A DNA stretch of 63,591 nucleotides, filler included, from Choristocarpus tenellus KU-1152 (GCA_964200185.2; 14 parts of 14 records of this genome joined end to end with filler, not necessarily neighbours in it); one strand, 5' to 3'. Positions 1 to 12,983 are shown, counted from the whole stretch's first letter. Notes: generated by a model not told the origin, from the sequence alone. A program made the numbers and translations.

Positions 1-64
<64 letters not shown>

Positions 65-80
65 CTGGGGGAAGGCTCAC

Positions 81-2564
81 CAACTGGTGTGACCGGCCTG
101 ATACAGGTATTAGCTCCACCCGGGTTGTTTCTCCTCTCCTCTCAGTTACACGCCTGGGTCACCAGCGAAAACAAGCAGATGAGTATTGCACTCTCAAAAT
201 GATTTTAATGCAAAGTAATGGTCAGACCATTTACAATCACGAGGGAATGAGAGCTCATTGCTGACTCAGACTCACGTGCAACTTTTCATATTAAAAAAAA
301 ATCCCAACAAAATACACTGCAGAATGAACCAATCACGTACTAGTAGAAGCAGGTGCAAAGCGGTGAGAGGAGAAGCTTTCCTGTGATAAGCAGATTTTGG
401 GGCGATTTCATTTTTTTCAGGCTTTCATTTTTCTGTGGTACAGTGGGTTCTAATCCTCAAAAGCAGTAGTACACAAACACAGGAGTTTTTTTTTCTTGCA
501 ACGCCAAACCCTAGTGAAAAAAAAAAATTGTCAGCGGGACATACAGCAGGCAAGAACAGCATTGGGGGACTTGTATTTCAGAATTCAATTGGAAAGGTCG
601 AGGGGTGGGTCCAAGTGAAAAAGTCACAGGGCTCTTGCGCTGATGAGGGAAAATAAGGAGAGGGAGAGGAAAGGACAAGCGTGGCAAGTGTGAAGATGGT
701 GGTGAGTGGTGCAGGGGAATCAAAGCTTACCATTTCGTTAACGAAGGCTTGCCCAGTTCCATGTGCACCATGTGAAGTGGAGGGCAGTCCTTGTTTCGGC
801 ACAGAGGCAGGTCCACCTCTCCCTCTTCTGCAGTGAGCTGACCAAGGACCACTGCAGTATAGCGCTTGCTTACGGTACGATCACGGAACTATTGGTGAGG
901 GAGTATGCCACAGGGTACCACAGGAGTTGGGGGGCAGTGATTGGTGATCACACTTGTCAGGCTCATGCCCTTTTATGACCTATCCACTCCAACATTCTAT
1001 TCATGGTTTTTGCTGATGTACACTATTGAGGTCAAAGAGGAAGCAACTGTAATCCCTACCTGCGCTATCGAATACTTTTGGGAAGAGTGAAAATTCTTAC
1101 ATGGAGCTCTGTTGCACATTCCACTAATTGCAATGTTAGTTCAATGCCCTTGAAAGTCACCTGTTGTAAGGACAAATCGGTTTGATACTACACCGTTGTA
1201 ACATCCCCAGGTGTAGATGTACTCATGATCCACAATGTGTGTTATGTAATTGCAACAACAATGGGCACAGCAAGAATCGAGCTATTGTACATTTGTGCAT
1301 GGAACGTCTACCTCAAAAACTGTTTTACCTTATGCCATCTACTCCAAGTACTCCACTGACAATGATCTTCAGTTCTTGCGCTGGAGAAGAGAGGGTCCCT
1401 TTTTCGAAACCAAACCCAAGATCTCTGACAAATTCACACTAGCAAGGAGTGGGGGTTGGGGAAAAGTCCAGACCTGCCTGTGCAGATCCACTAAGGCATC
1501 CTGATTGCGGGCCATCACCAAAACTCCAGATGTGGCTTGGTCCAGTCGGTGCACCACCATCTTATCCACACGATAATGCCCCAGCTCCTTTGCTACCCTA
1601 GCATTAAGGAACACAATAAACAAGGTCGATCTATATGGAGAAACGAACAAAAGGGGGAAAGACAGCCTCGCCAAGGAATATACTTTAGCGAGTTCATCAA
1701 GACTATGCTATCCATGAGATGAGTCAATGCGGAGACAATGTATAGTCTAATAACAAGAACTTCAACCCTCATGTTCGATTAATTGCTAAACCTGGTCGCG
1801 AGGGAGGCCTTGTCATACACTCCTGGCACACAGAGTTCACCGCTGCGCTTGTTGACTACCACAATGTCATCGTCAATGTGAATGATGTCCTGGCGAAAGG
1901 ATGGAAAGAAGTATGGCACACTATTACAAGGATAGAAGTACAGGAGACAATTTTCTCTAGCATGAGTTCCTCACTGACAACGTCGTTATTGAACGGTATT
2001 GAAATAGCAGCAGAGAGCACTACTTAACGTCGATGTGCAATGGAACGATTAGAGATTGTAGTGTGCGTCCGTGGTGCTGAATCGTTACTCAGATAATCGG
2101 GAAAAGCAATAATTGCAACGAGAGAAGCTCACCACGGGTCCTTCTACGGTGGGAGGGAATGGACCATTCATCCACTCCTCCTGAGCGGGATCCCGACCTC
2201 CCGGGCCAAGCCATATTCTCTCCTTTTGTGGTTGACTCGGGATGCCCATACCTACAGGATTCTCCTGCCCACTCCCTGGTGACTCCACCCCCGAACTCGC
2301 CAATGCCCCACCCGCGAACACGCCATGTGTAGATATATGTTGAACCCATCGATCACCAGGTAGGAGATTTTCCTCTACAGAGCTAATCTTTGTTCTCTTA
2401 TTGCAGTTGATCCAGGACGTGAGGACACATCGTACAAGGGGCCGGGACGTTGCCGGTGCTCTGATAGATGTTACAAATGCGGACGTAAGCAACGCCCAAG
2501 ACCAGAGGAAACTTGAAATTGGTGACTGTTGAGGGTGGGTTCTTGCACGAGGTCGTCGAGGCAT
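81..2564 (-). CDS. rluA: RluA-family pseudouridine synthase, probably plastid-targeted; 3' end runs off the contig
   Basis: Minus-strand exons 2564-2133, 1889-1792, 1597-1474, 888-731 and 153-81 have GT-AG borders with consistent phases. They translate to DIIHIDDDIVVVNKRSGELCVPG...VVHRLDQATSGVLVMAR...FRDRTVSKRYTAVV...GEVDLPL...GKPSLTKW...TRVELIPVSGRSHQL, which contains the RluA motifs NKxSG, HRLD (catalytic Asp) and GRxHQL. Confidence 0.92.
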
Positions 2565-2744
2565 GGAAGGATACCTTTCTGTTGTGCGTGTTGTTAGGTG
2601 AGGTTGGAGGTTTTGTTGTTGATAGTTGGGAAGGCTTTTTCACCTGTGCAATGCTCTCATTATCATCGTATCAACAATAGTAGTAGTAGTAGGTAGTCAA
2701 CAACTAGGGCCTTCTATACACTTTGTAAAGACCTATCTTGCACA
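2565..2744. promoter_or_regulatory. Putative bidirectional promoter between the RluA-like gene and RPB8
   Basis: The two divergent start codons are only 180 bp apart (2564 on minus, 2745 on plus). Confidence 0.6.
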
Positions 2745-4687
2745 ATGTCGGGTGTTTTATTTGAAGATATCTTCGAGGTCAATCGACTCAACCCCGACGG
2801 GAAAAAGTTTGACAGGGGTAAGCTCATCCTACCTTCTGTTCAGATTACCCTTTGAGCCTGAAATATACGTCCTCCTTGCTGGAGACTTTCTCGAATCCTT
2901 TGGTATACTCGATTTTTCCCTCTTCCTCTGAAACTAGGGACCGTTGTCACAGTTTTATTTTGGATTCACCCTTTGGATGCTTGCGATCGAGGTGTTCTCG
3001 TTCGCAGTGAGTGTTCATAGTCGGGCAATGTTTATTTATTGAGGACTGCGGTGACCCCTGTCCATTGTAAGTCCTCCCCGCTGCGCTTCGGCTATTGTCG
3101 TTGGTTCCTCCTGACATTTATCGCCGTTGAAGTATTGGCACGATTCTAAAGACATCCATAGAGATGGGCCAACTTTTTTCTAACCACTATTTCAACTCCC
3201 CGTGTCCCCACCCTGACTGCGTTTTTTTTGCCAGTGAACAGGTTATCATGTAGGGGAGTTACGTACGACATGGACTTGCTTCTGGGTGAGGGGCGGTTGC
3301 GTAGATTAAATTAAAACCATTTTCTTCTAGTCTTAGGGCACAGAAAACCGAGGGGCAATTAAGAAGAGACCTTGTCGAGTTGGAACGGGTGTGGATGGTA
3401 GATCATGGTTTTGACTTCTCTCTCAGTCTGTCGGATTTTCAGACTGGTTGGAAGCACCTCATTAGGCGTCAGCATTATGCCAGTATGTAGCCACTTGTTG
3501 GGTGGGAGTGGAAGAAGGTTGTCACCCTGTCCCCTACTCACCCACGGACCTTATCACTGGACACTCCCTACTGCATTCTTAAGTGCATTATTTCTATCTA
3601 TTGTCCTGTTGTATTCCATGTTTATCCCCACACCCCTTCCGCCCCCACTAAACTCAATGACCACTGCTGGTCTCCCACCGGTGTAAATCTCTAACGACAA
3701 GATATCAACTGCGAGATCTACAAGGTGAAGGAGGCGGACCGGCTCACGCTGATGTTGGCCAGTACATTGGATATCAGCGGCAAACCAGACGACGGGACAT
3801 ATCGACCGCTGGGAGATGAGGTGAGAGTCAATGCAATATGGAAGGGTAGTGAAATTGAGGAGAAAAGGGAAGAGTCCTCCTTTTCTTCTCTCGTTTTTGA
3901 ATACTTCGTCGAGTTTACATTTTCTTTCAATCCTTAGGATAATGATGCAGGTATACAGTTGAAGTGGAGGTATGGTATGGGTTGAATAATGTAAGGAGGC
4001 TCTGCTGAGAACAAACATCTTGCGAATAAATCTATGTTTCAATGCCTCCTGCAGGATGAGTCAATGCTGTGGTAGCATTCCCTGACCTGATAAGACCTGG
4101 TCTAAACTCCTACCAAACACTGTTACACTCTTACGATTTTTTTCTTGACTTGACATTCTCTTCAACAGAATCGATTTATTGAATTGCTGAATAAATGGTT
4201 TTGGGTGCATGTTTTACTCTGTCATCCCGAAGGCGCCATAGTATGTAGTGGAAGGCGGCAAACCAGAAGCCCTTGGTAGTCGAACATGCCCATACCCTCT
4301 GTTCCCATTTCGTCTTATGATTTGGCACATTTAGAAACAGGACTCGAATATCCCTGGAGCAACCCCAATAGTTCAGATCACATTTTAAGCACCACGTGTA
4401 CAGCACACTTGCACATACTGTATTTCCAGAGCCTGCATCATGAGCATTCAGTGACTTGAGGGGTACACATTCCCAGCTGTCCCCCTCGATACATCCCCTT
4501 CTGCAAGAACTGGCAATCTGTGTGCGACGTAACCGCTTGCTGAATGGCAGCTGAAGTCAGTTTCTTGTGTTCATCTCTCAATTGATTGCCCTTGATGATG
4601 TAAAAGGTGACGCTGGCGGACAAGTTTGAGTACGTGATGCATGGACGAATTTTCAAGTGTGAGCATGCAGGGGATAACAAGGTCCAG
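2745..4687 (+). CDS. RPB8: DNA-directed RNA polymerases I/II/III subunit RPABC3 (RPB8); last exon(s) not found in contig
   Basis: Exons 2745-2817, 3235-3285, 3702-3820 and 4607-4687 (GT-AG, in phase) give MSGVLFEDIFEVNRLNPDGKKFDRVNRLSCRGVTYDMDLLLDINCEIY...LTLMLASTL...TLADKFEYVMHGRIFK, a typical RPB8 sequence. The SFGGLL exon was not seen. Confidence 0.95.
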
Positions 4688-6065
4688 GTAGGTCAGGATT
4701 CATTTGAAAACAGTAAAACGCTAGTCCAAACCCTGCATTGTTTCCCCGCTGTACGGTGCGGTTTGCTTGGGAAATATTACAAGAACTTTTGCAAGTATGC
4801 TCTCTGTATATTTTTTAGCGCCTTTTTTTTTTTCTGTAGATGCTTGCCGGTCAATAAACATGGTGTGCTTGCTTAGATCGAGTGATTTTTTGAAGCGATT
4901 TTTTTTTGTCACCTTTGTCCTCTCCCCCTAACCCTAACCCTGGAAAGGGCAAGGAAGAGAGAGACCAGTGTTGTGCATTTGATTTCGAGGTAGGAGTTTG
5001 TTTCAATCACCCTAGAATTCTCCGAAATGAAAGAAGACAAGGCATGTATGTGAGTGGCCGAGTCCCATTGTTGACCCTCATCCTCCACCCTCCATGGCTA
5101 CTTCTGCTTGACTGTTGGTGTCTGCCTGTCCTCGAGGAAAGATTCTTGCGTCTTTTGGGGGACTGCTGCTGCGCTTGACTGGGGACCAAAGGCACGTAGC
5201 CAACATTCAGGTAGATTCAAGGGTATACCTCCTCTTACGACAGAACCAGTGAAGTGGGGGCAGTCCGGTTTACCTGCCGTGAATGATGCTGGGGTTTGAG
5301 CAGTTTTCTTTTTCTTTTTTATGGTTTGTTGGTAGTGACTGTCTTTGAGTTGGGTGGGGGTGTCTTGCGTTCTTCGTTGTGCGATCGCCCCAACAGTTTT
5401 ATAAAAGACCTTTTTCAAGTGTGTTGGTGATTCTTTCTTGCTCCTATGCTTTGGAAGAGAAATAATAAGAAATAATAAACGCATTGGAGGGGATCAGGCG
5501 TGCGTTAGCCTTTTGTGATGCAGCAAGAGGGGAGAAGGGCGCGATTTTGAGAGAGATCTCACCTCACCTGCTGCCAACAGCTCTTTTACCTGCACAGGGT
5601 GACCCGTCACTACGTATTCACATCCTGTTGAAAAGAGCAGGGAGGGGGGTAGCACACATCGACATATCCAAACACCAAACCATCATGGATCAGTGAGTGC
5701 CACATCGGAACAGTCCCAGTCCTGACCCCACCAAAGTTGATCCATGGGAAGAACATTTTCTTTCTGAATCGTGGAAAAAGTGCACGTTCACCTGCTCCTC
5801 CCAAGCTTTCGCTAGTAAGTTTCTCTTAAGAACCTATACCGTACAATTGAAAAACGTGGGTTGGGGGCTATCACAGCACAAACAACACCATCTCTTACAT
5901 AGCAGACATGTGTGGATAACTTGACTGCTCTATTTGCAACTGCAGTAAGCTTTTTTTGAAGTTTTTTGATTTGAACATGTCCTTCGATTGTGACAAAATT
6001 CCCAGTTATTTTATTGTCTTGCTACTTTTTGTAAAAGATTGGAAGCTTTTTTTTTTGGGGGGGGG

Positions 6066-6165
6066 NNNNNNNNNNNNNNNNNNNNNNNNNNNNNNNNNNN
6101 NNNNNNNNNTTAATTAATTAANNNNNNNNNNNNNNNNNNNNNNNNNNNNNNNNNNNNNNNNNNNN
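6066..6165. other. Artificial contig-joining spacer (first of 13)
   Basis: N44-TTAATTAATTAA-N44 places stops in all six frames. The other spacers are at 10259-10358, 16070-16169, 20459-20558, 24263-24362, 28130-28229, 31633-31732, 41223-41322, 46161-46260, 49070-49169, 53706-53805, 57421-57520 and 60250-60349. Confidence 0.98.
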
Positions 6166-9100
6166 GGGATTGTGTTGAGGATGCGCCAATTTGGAGGTGT
6201 GTATTAAGAGACTTGGAGCAAGGGGGGGGGAGGGAGGGTTGCATCAGTGGATAGGATGAGATGTATAGAAGTGTCAGGCTTAGTTGCTGTTAGGGGGTTA
6301 TTTTTTTATTTCAGTGTTTTGTTGTTGGTATACGATCACGTTATCAATCACAATGAACAAGTTCCTTGTATATTGTATCCTATCGCCATTGGTGTGTGTG
6401 TGTCTGTCTCTCTGTTGTACGATATGTTTTATTTTGGGGGGTTGGGGAGTCGCACTCTTCGCCTTTGTTTCTATTTATGTACAAAGTTGGTGGTGGACCC
6501 TTTTAAGGCGATCATGTACCAACCCTAAGTTAGGTTGCGTTGTTGTGGAAACTTGACTTAATGTCAAGGCTTAGCACTTGGGACCTTAGACGGCTTGAAG
6601 TAGACAGTTTTCAAAAAAGGGCTTTTCTAGCAGATCCAAAAGAAAGTATCTAGTAGAGAGTACAGTTTGTATGTTTGGGATTTGTATAACTCATGTTGTA
6701 TATGATGTTGTGTCCTTGAAATGCTGTTGGCGGTAAGAACAGAATCGCGTGTTTCAACACCTATTAGATGGGTGAAATGTCTGTCAATGTTGTCTCATGA
6801 TGTCTGTCGGGATTAAAGGTCTCGAGACCTTTACAAAAAAAACAACAACTAGAAACTCCATTTTTGGTCTTGTCTCCACTTCAAAAAGATGCGGTACCAC
6901 ATCAGCAGTGGGAGGTGGAGGAAGACTCGACCCTTTACAGCCATCATCGCCATCGCCATCCCGTCAGTGTCTCGTTCTGATCTCGTGACACTTCACCCCC
7001 TTCCTCACCAGCCTTGCTTGCATTGCTCGTATCATGAACTACCATGATACACATGATATAACTCCACTGTGTATCTTCTCCCGAGATCCTGCGCCAAGGC
7101 CTCACCTACACCCTCCTGTTCTTCTAGTTGCAGGCCCTCCCTTACTGCCTCCTCATATGCACTGCCAGGTTGCCCGTGCAGTGACATGCTTGTCATTTTG
7201 GTTCAACTAAGGTTCTCACCCACGTTTTCCCCACCAACAAAGACCTCCGGGGTCTTGAAGTGTACATCAGGGCGGCTTTTGGGGGAGAATTTCTGCTTCA
7301 GTCTTGAGACATAGTGATGATACTATGGTGTCTCGGGTTACCGTCACTTTTCACCTCTCCTGGTCTCTCCTCCACAACACCTGCAACCACCTGACCCCTC
7401 AACAAAAACACAACACTGGTCAGCGATTGGATTGTTCAAGAGCAGTGTCGATCTACACACACAGGGAAAACATAGTCGTGGTTGGAAGCACAGAGTTCTA
7501 CTGTAGTAGTAGTTCAGACAGTTTTGATAGCACCACAACACACACGCACACACACACATGCACATGCACATGCATTGGCAGTTTCACATACTTACCCTCT
7601 GGATGTCTTGGTTTCGTAACAGCCTTCTCGTCGCCCTTTCCATTGGCAAGAGTTGCACTTCCAAATCTCCTCCTCACTGGATTGAATCTTCTAGAGTCGG
7701 ACCTCGTACCAACACCGTATGCTCTCACTCACCCCTGTTGACTTTGGTTCATCTTGTGCATACCATACCTAGCAATTACAGCCCTTCGCCTTTCTCAGAA
7801 GGTATTGTCCTCCTTTTTGTGTCAGCGCCACCTGATGATGATGCATCCTTACACGTCTTTGGGGGGGGGGGCTTTGATGTGCTGGACAAAATTATAGAAG
7901 AGGCACAGTGCAGTAGGTTCCTATGTGAGCACGAGTGGGGTTCTAACATCCCTTGACAGGCGTGTCTGTCCAATATGACCCAAAACACGCCTCGTGATGT
8001 GAAATATAGAGTAACTTTTATAACAAGCCAAAGTGGATTGCCTTGTAAGGGATCACTGACCCCACTCGCACACACTTTAACCATGCTGCACCGAGCAAAA
8101 GACTTGTGCCTCATTCACTGTTACACTGGTATCATCACACTTCGCTGGGCACAAACGCCATCGAGAACATTACCTCCATCATGGAATTTGTGGCACCACG
8201 GGTCAGGCTGTGGACAACGAGATGATGAGGCTGTGTTCTTAATGTCACTCCCGAGGAGGGGGAGGGGGGAGGGAGAGAGAAGGGCACCGGCAATGATCAG
8301 CCTGCTCTTGTGTCAATGACTTTTCCCCCTCCAACTGGAAGGCAAGTTTGTTGCTGATGACTTACAGCTAGCTATCCGGCACAAGGACGGCTTTGGGGGA
8401 AAGTGCCTCCGGCACAGTTGGGGGTAAGTGTCTTTTCCAGCGTGGAGGATTACAAGGGAGAGCGCAAGGGCACATCAGGTTGCACTGACATCCGGGGCAA
8501 AAAAAAAAGTATTATTTATTATTATTTAGTATGCGTTGGCTGTGTGTGTCTTCCAGAGCATCCTTTGGTTGAAGTGTTGCTGCCTGAGAGAGAGAGAGAG
8601 AGATGTTATCAGTTCTTGAGGATCTCCAATGCAGATTAGATAGTGGATTAGTGGGTTAGTTTCTCGGCTGGTTTGGGTTGTAAAGATGCTGTTCCTGAAA
8701 TCTCCATGCACGTGACATTTGCAGGGACACGATGCCGTTCCTGAGTTAGTGGCGCGAGTCACTAAGATGCAGACCCTTTTTTTTTCCAAAGTAGTTTTTT
8801 TTTCTTGATCATTTCAGGCAAGAGCCGCATTTAGAACAAGTGTACGCACTTTTGAAAAAGGGGAATGTCACACCCTACCCCCCAAAAAGGGCGAGAAGAT
8901 CGCCTCAGCCATACCTTTTGCAAATTTGACTCTTCTGGGGGGGGGTTTCTGGGTGGAGGCAAGCATGCCTTTCAAAACGTTCCATTCACTGCAAAAAAAA
9001 AATTCCACAAAAAATAAAAATAAAAAAATCAAGCGAAAGAAGTATAAAATATAGTTCCTGCCGTCATAATTATTAACTGGAAAGAGGTAAAGTATGTACA

Positions 9101-10358
9101 GTGGCAGTACCCACCCCCCTTTAAGGCACGCTTGTGCCGAGCCAAGGGACACACGCCTTGGTGCTGGGAAAACCTCATCATGTTAAGGGCATGCATCACT
9201 GTTTGAATCCCAACATGCCTTAAGGTGAACTTTTTTTTTTTGCAAGAGGTCCGTTCCTGTATCGGCCCGGGAGAAAAATAATTTTCAAACAAGTGCGGTC
9301 CGCGCACTTACTTTATTTTATTTTTTATTAATTTATGTTTATTGTTGGTCGCTCGGGTGCGGTATGCCCCTGCAATGTCAAGAGTGTGTGCAGTTAAAAC
9401 AAAATAAATATATGTATATATGTATATATATATATATATATCAGTGCGGAGGGCAGGAACAACATACTGCGGCACCTGTCAGTCAAGGAACCGTCTGATG
9501 ATGTCTAGTTTATCTCCTTCTTCGGCGATGGTCTCGAGTCTGGAGCACTCAAGGAAGGCCATTTTTACCATGTGCACCAAGGTACAGGCACGAGCTGTGA
9601 ATATTACAGCCCACTCCCTTTCGCATTTGCCTCTGAGTCAACAAGAGTGGCAGCACTTGGACAAAGGGAGGCGGAGGAAGACCTCCTCCACCTCCCCCAC
9701 CGCCACCATTGCCGCAGTATCTCCGGACAATTAATCCCCTTCCTCGTCAGCCTTTGAAGCGGTGCTTGTAACGCCAGCTACCTACCTCCAGCAGGTCGTC
9801 ATCCCTGATGTATACTGCGCCAAGGTCTCAACGGCATTCTCCTCAGTTAGACGGCGGTAGCATGTCACCAACAACAGTATTTTGCAGACTCTTTTGGTAC
9901 CATGACACACACGCATAGCAGGTGGAAGAGCTTATTTCTAAGTGCCATGGTCTCTTAATAGCCCTCCCGCTGCCCATTCCACTCCCTAGAAGCTGCTTCT
10001 TGAGCTCTTTCTCACTGGCTCTATTTCTTGCGATGGTCCTAACCCTAGCACCATACCACTCCGTTACACTGGCTTGGCTTCATCTTGTGCCTACCTAGCT
10101 GTCCAGAGCTCCACCTATCAGGTACATTTTAAGTACAATGTGCAATGTAGCATACTATTTGAATCTTTGAGAAGGAGGTAAATAGGTAGATACATATTTT
10201 CCCCCTCCCCCTCTCCCCCCCCCCCCCCCCCCCCCCCCCACGCCAAACTCCACACCACNNNNNNNNNNNNNNNNNNNNNNNNNNNNNNNNNNNNNNNNNN
10301 NNTTAATTAATTAANNNNNNNNNNNNNNNNNNNNNNNNNNNNNNNNNNNNNNNNNNNN

Positions 10359-10544
10359 GTGGTGGGGGGGGGGGGGGGGGGTGTGGGTGGTGTTCTACAC
10401 CAGGGTGTCCATTTGGACCAAAATCAGGAAAAGTGTATTTACATTTATCCATCTGACGCATGCAACCAAACCACCCAAAAATCGTGACAGGAAAAAGTTG
10501 ACCCCAAACCGACAGCCGCAACCCCCCCCCAGATACTTTGAGCC
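10359..10544. mobile_element. MITE family A copy, left end cut by contig edge
   Basis: Internal sequence resembles 11798-11972 and ends in CCCAGATACTTTGAGCC. Confidence 0.8.
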
Positions 10545-11797
10545 ATAACCATTCCCACAAGGTAATGAGCCTCTACTCTGACCATGCATCACTATCCTGG
10601 ATCACCTCACTAAATAGAGCTCAACTTAACAGTATTCAATCAGTCTCTTCTCAGAGCATATATAAGAGTCATCACATTGAATTCCCTCGGTGCTTCAGTG
10701 CACTGGGTCATCTCTTTGCTTTACGAGACTTCATGCCTCTATTCAGAGCATTTCATGTGAACCAACGACTGACGCAACTCGAGGTTTTAACAGGTTACGT
10801 CAACATTGACGGTAGTGTAAGTAGCAAAATTTGAAAAACGTCCACACCACTAGTACACCCTTTTTGAATGCAATCGCCTGGAATTACCCCTGCCACTCAA
10901 CTTTGGCACAACTTTGTAAAAAAAAAATCAGACTCAGCAGTGTGCTCGTCCAGTACTTCAGCAATCTAGCAGCACTCACACATGAACCCCTGAGTACCTG
11001 ATGAAGAGAAAAGTATAAATTATTACTTTTACTACCTCACTCAAAAATTATAATGCGTAGAAGGGTGCAATTTGTAAGGAACCTGGGATGATTCGAATTG
11101 CTGACATGACACTGGCTTCACTAGGTGCTACAATGCTGTTCTCCTGCACGTTCGCTGACAAAGATGATAAGGTACAGGGTGAAGTACTTGACAGTGTGCC
11201 CACACCATCATCCCTGGTGAAGAGGGTGAAATACAAAACAAGATGGATGAGGCTGAGTCAATTTAAGGTCATTTTGGTCATATGCACGTATGATGGAGCA
11301 GAAATAACAAATCAACACTCGGCAATAACATAGAATGACAAAGCCTATAGACTATTCTCACCTGAAATGATGAAGATCAGCAGAAACACCACAAGTATAC
11401 CACATTGATGAAGACCTGGGCAGTTCCGTTACATCTGCAAATATAAAATGTGAAGTATGACCTTGATAAATGGCAGTTCACTGGAATACTGTACGCCAGC
11501 AATCCCTCAAACCTATCAGGATTTTTTTGTCCTCAAGCATCAGCTCCAAGACAGGTTTGAAAACATTAACAACAGCCTCCAAGCACTCACATTACCAAAT
11601 TGTTCAGTCTAGGGGGTGACAAAATACATCCCAAAGTTACTTCCTCACCCGCCATCACATACCATACCTCTCATCACCCCTCATTGTCGGGCTGCTGGTG
11701 GTAGTGCACTTTGTCCTTTGGCATGAGGCCCATACATAAAATGCAATGTCGACTACCCCCACAAAGGTTATCATGGCGCCAGTAAAACCTGCCTTTT

Positions 11798-11972
11798 GGA
11801 TCAAAGTATCTGGGGTGAGGAGTCTGCACCAGAGTGTCCATTCGGACCCTGACCAGGAGAGTGCACTTACATTCTCCATACAACGCATGGAACCAAATCA
11901 CCCATAAAATCGCGACATTGAAAAATGGGCCCTGAATGGACAGCCGCCATCCCCCCACAGATACTTTGAGCC
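11798..11972. mobile_element. MITE family A (~175 bp), complete copy
   Basis: TIR GGATCAAAGTATCTG...CAGATACTTTGAGCC, flanked on both sides by TTT. Confidence 0.85.
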
Positions 11973-12724
11973 TTTGTACCAGCAAATACACTTGAAGAAG
12001 TACAAAAGCTGCTCGTCCATTTGCCCCTGACGCCCATTGGATCAGGAAACTATGACAAGGGTGAAAGTAAAGGTATAGAGAGTAAGGCAGATTTATGAGA
12101 GGGAAAACAACTCAAGAGGACTCGCAGCGGCAAGGCACAAAAATTTGATTTACACAATACCTAACATGAAAAGGATTGAAAAAAATAGCAAGGATCTAAT
12201 TATTTGGAATCAATCAACTCTAAGTTATGAACCGTGAAGGTTGGGATGACCCTACCAGGTAAAATTATATTTGCAAGCAGCATGCTGCAAATTATTCGGG
12301 TGTAATGAACCCTTCATATGTCCGTGTTCTTTGCAGTTAAGTGGAATGCAAATGGGCGAGATAACCAAGGACTCCAATGATATGATCTTTTTCCTTGAGT
12401 TGAAAAATCGATTCCCAAACATAAACCGCAACAAAGTGAAAAATAGCCGCTGTAAAGAAAAATTGAATGACATCTGACCAGAGGAACAGTGTGTGTGCTC
12501 TCCTTCCACCATTTGGTTCACACATGCTTCGTACCACAGTTTGTTTGTACAAGTGACCCAAACAAGGCCAGGTACCAAACATGATTCACCACTCTTGAAT
12601 CACCTTCCTATTTTCATGAAGTTCAGAAGGAACATGAGTAAAACAGGATAAACTGTCTGCTTTTCCAGAGCATTAAAGATAAATCCTCCTTGTCGATTTC
12701 TGTCATATGCTTGGCTAACCTTAA

Positions 12725-12983
12725 GAGCCAAAGTATCTTAGAGGGTAGAGCCGTGTCCATTTGAGGGCTACAATCCAATGTTGCGATTTTGATGTAATTT
12801 TGGCTATCGTGTTTGCTATGAATTGTCAATATCCTTATTCCAGACACACCATTTCATAACTTATACATTTTACCTACTCTGAAACATTTTGGAGTAGGAA
12901 AATGTCATAAAAACCCCCATGGGAAGTCAAGGCCCAAATGGACAAACAGGGCAAAACTCGTACCCTCTAAGATACTTTCACTC
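12725..12983. mobile_element. MITE family B (~258 bp), complete copy
   Basis: TIR GAGCCAAAGTATCTTAGAGGGTA...TACCCTCTAAGATACTTTCACTC with a TAA target-site duplication (12722-24 and 12984-86). Confidence 0.88.

Noticed and set aside
1-62. 62-nt poly-G run
   Set aside because: It sits at a contig edge and is probably a sequencing or assembly artefact or an overextended G tract.
6110-6121. Recurrent TTAATTAATTAA motif and the ORFs ending XXXLIN
   Set aside because: This is an artificial six-frame stop linker between contigs.
11250-12480. Two weakly similar peptide stretches (LQDRFENINN and LKNRFPNINR)
   Set aside because: They are too short and stop-ridden to support a duplicated domain without a search.
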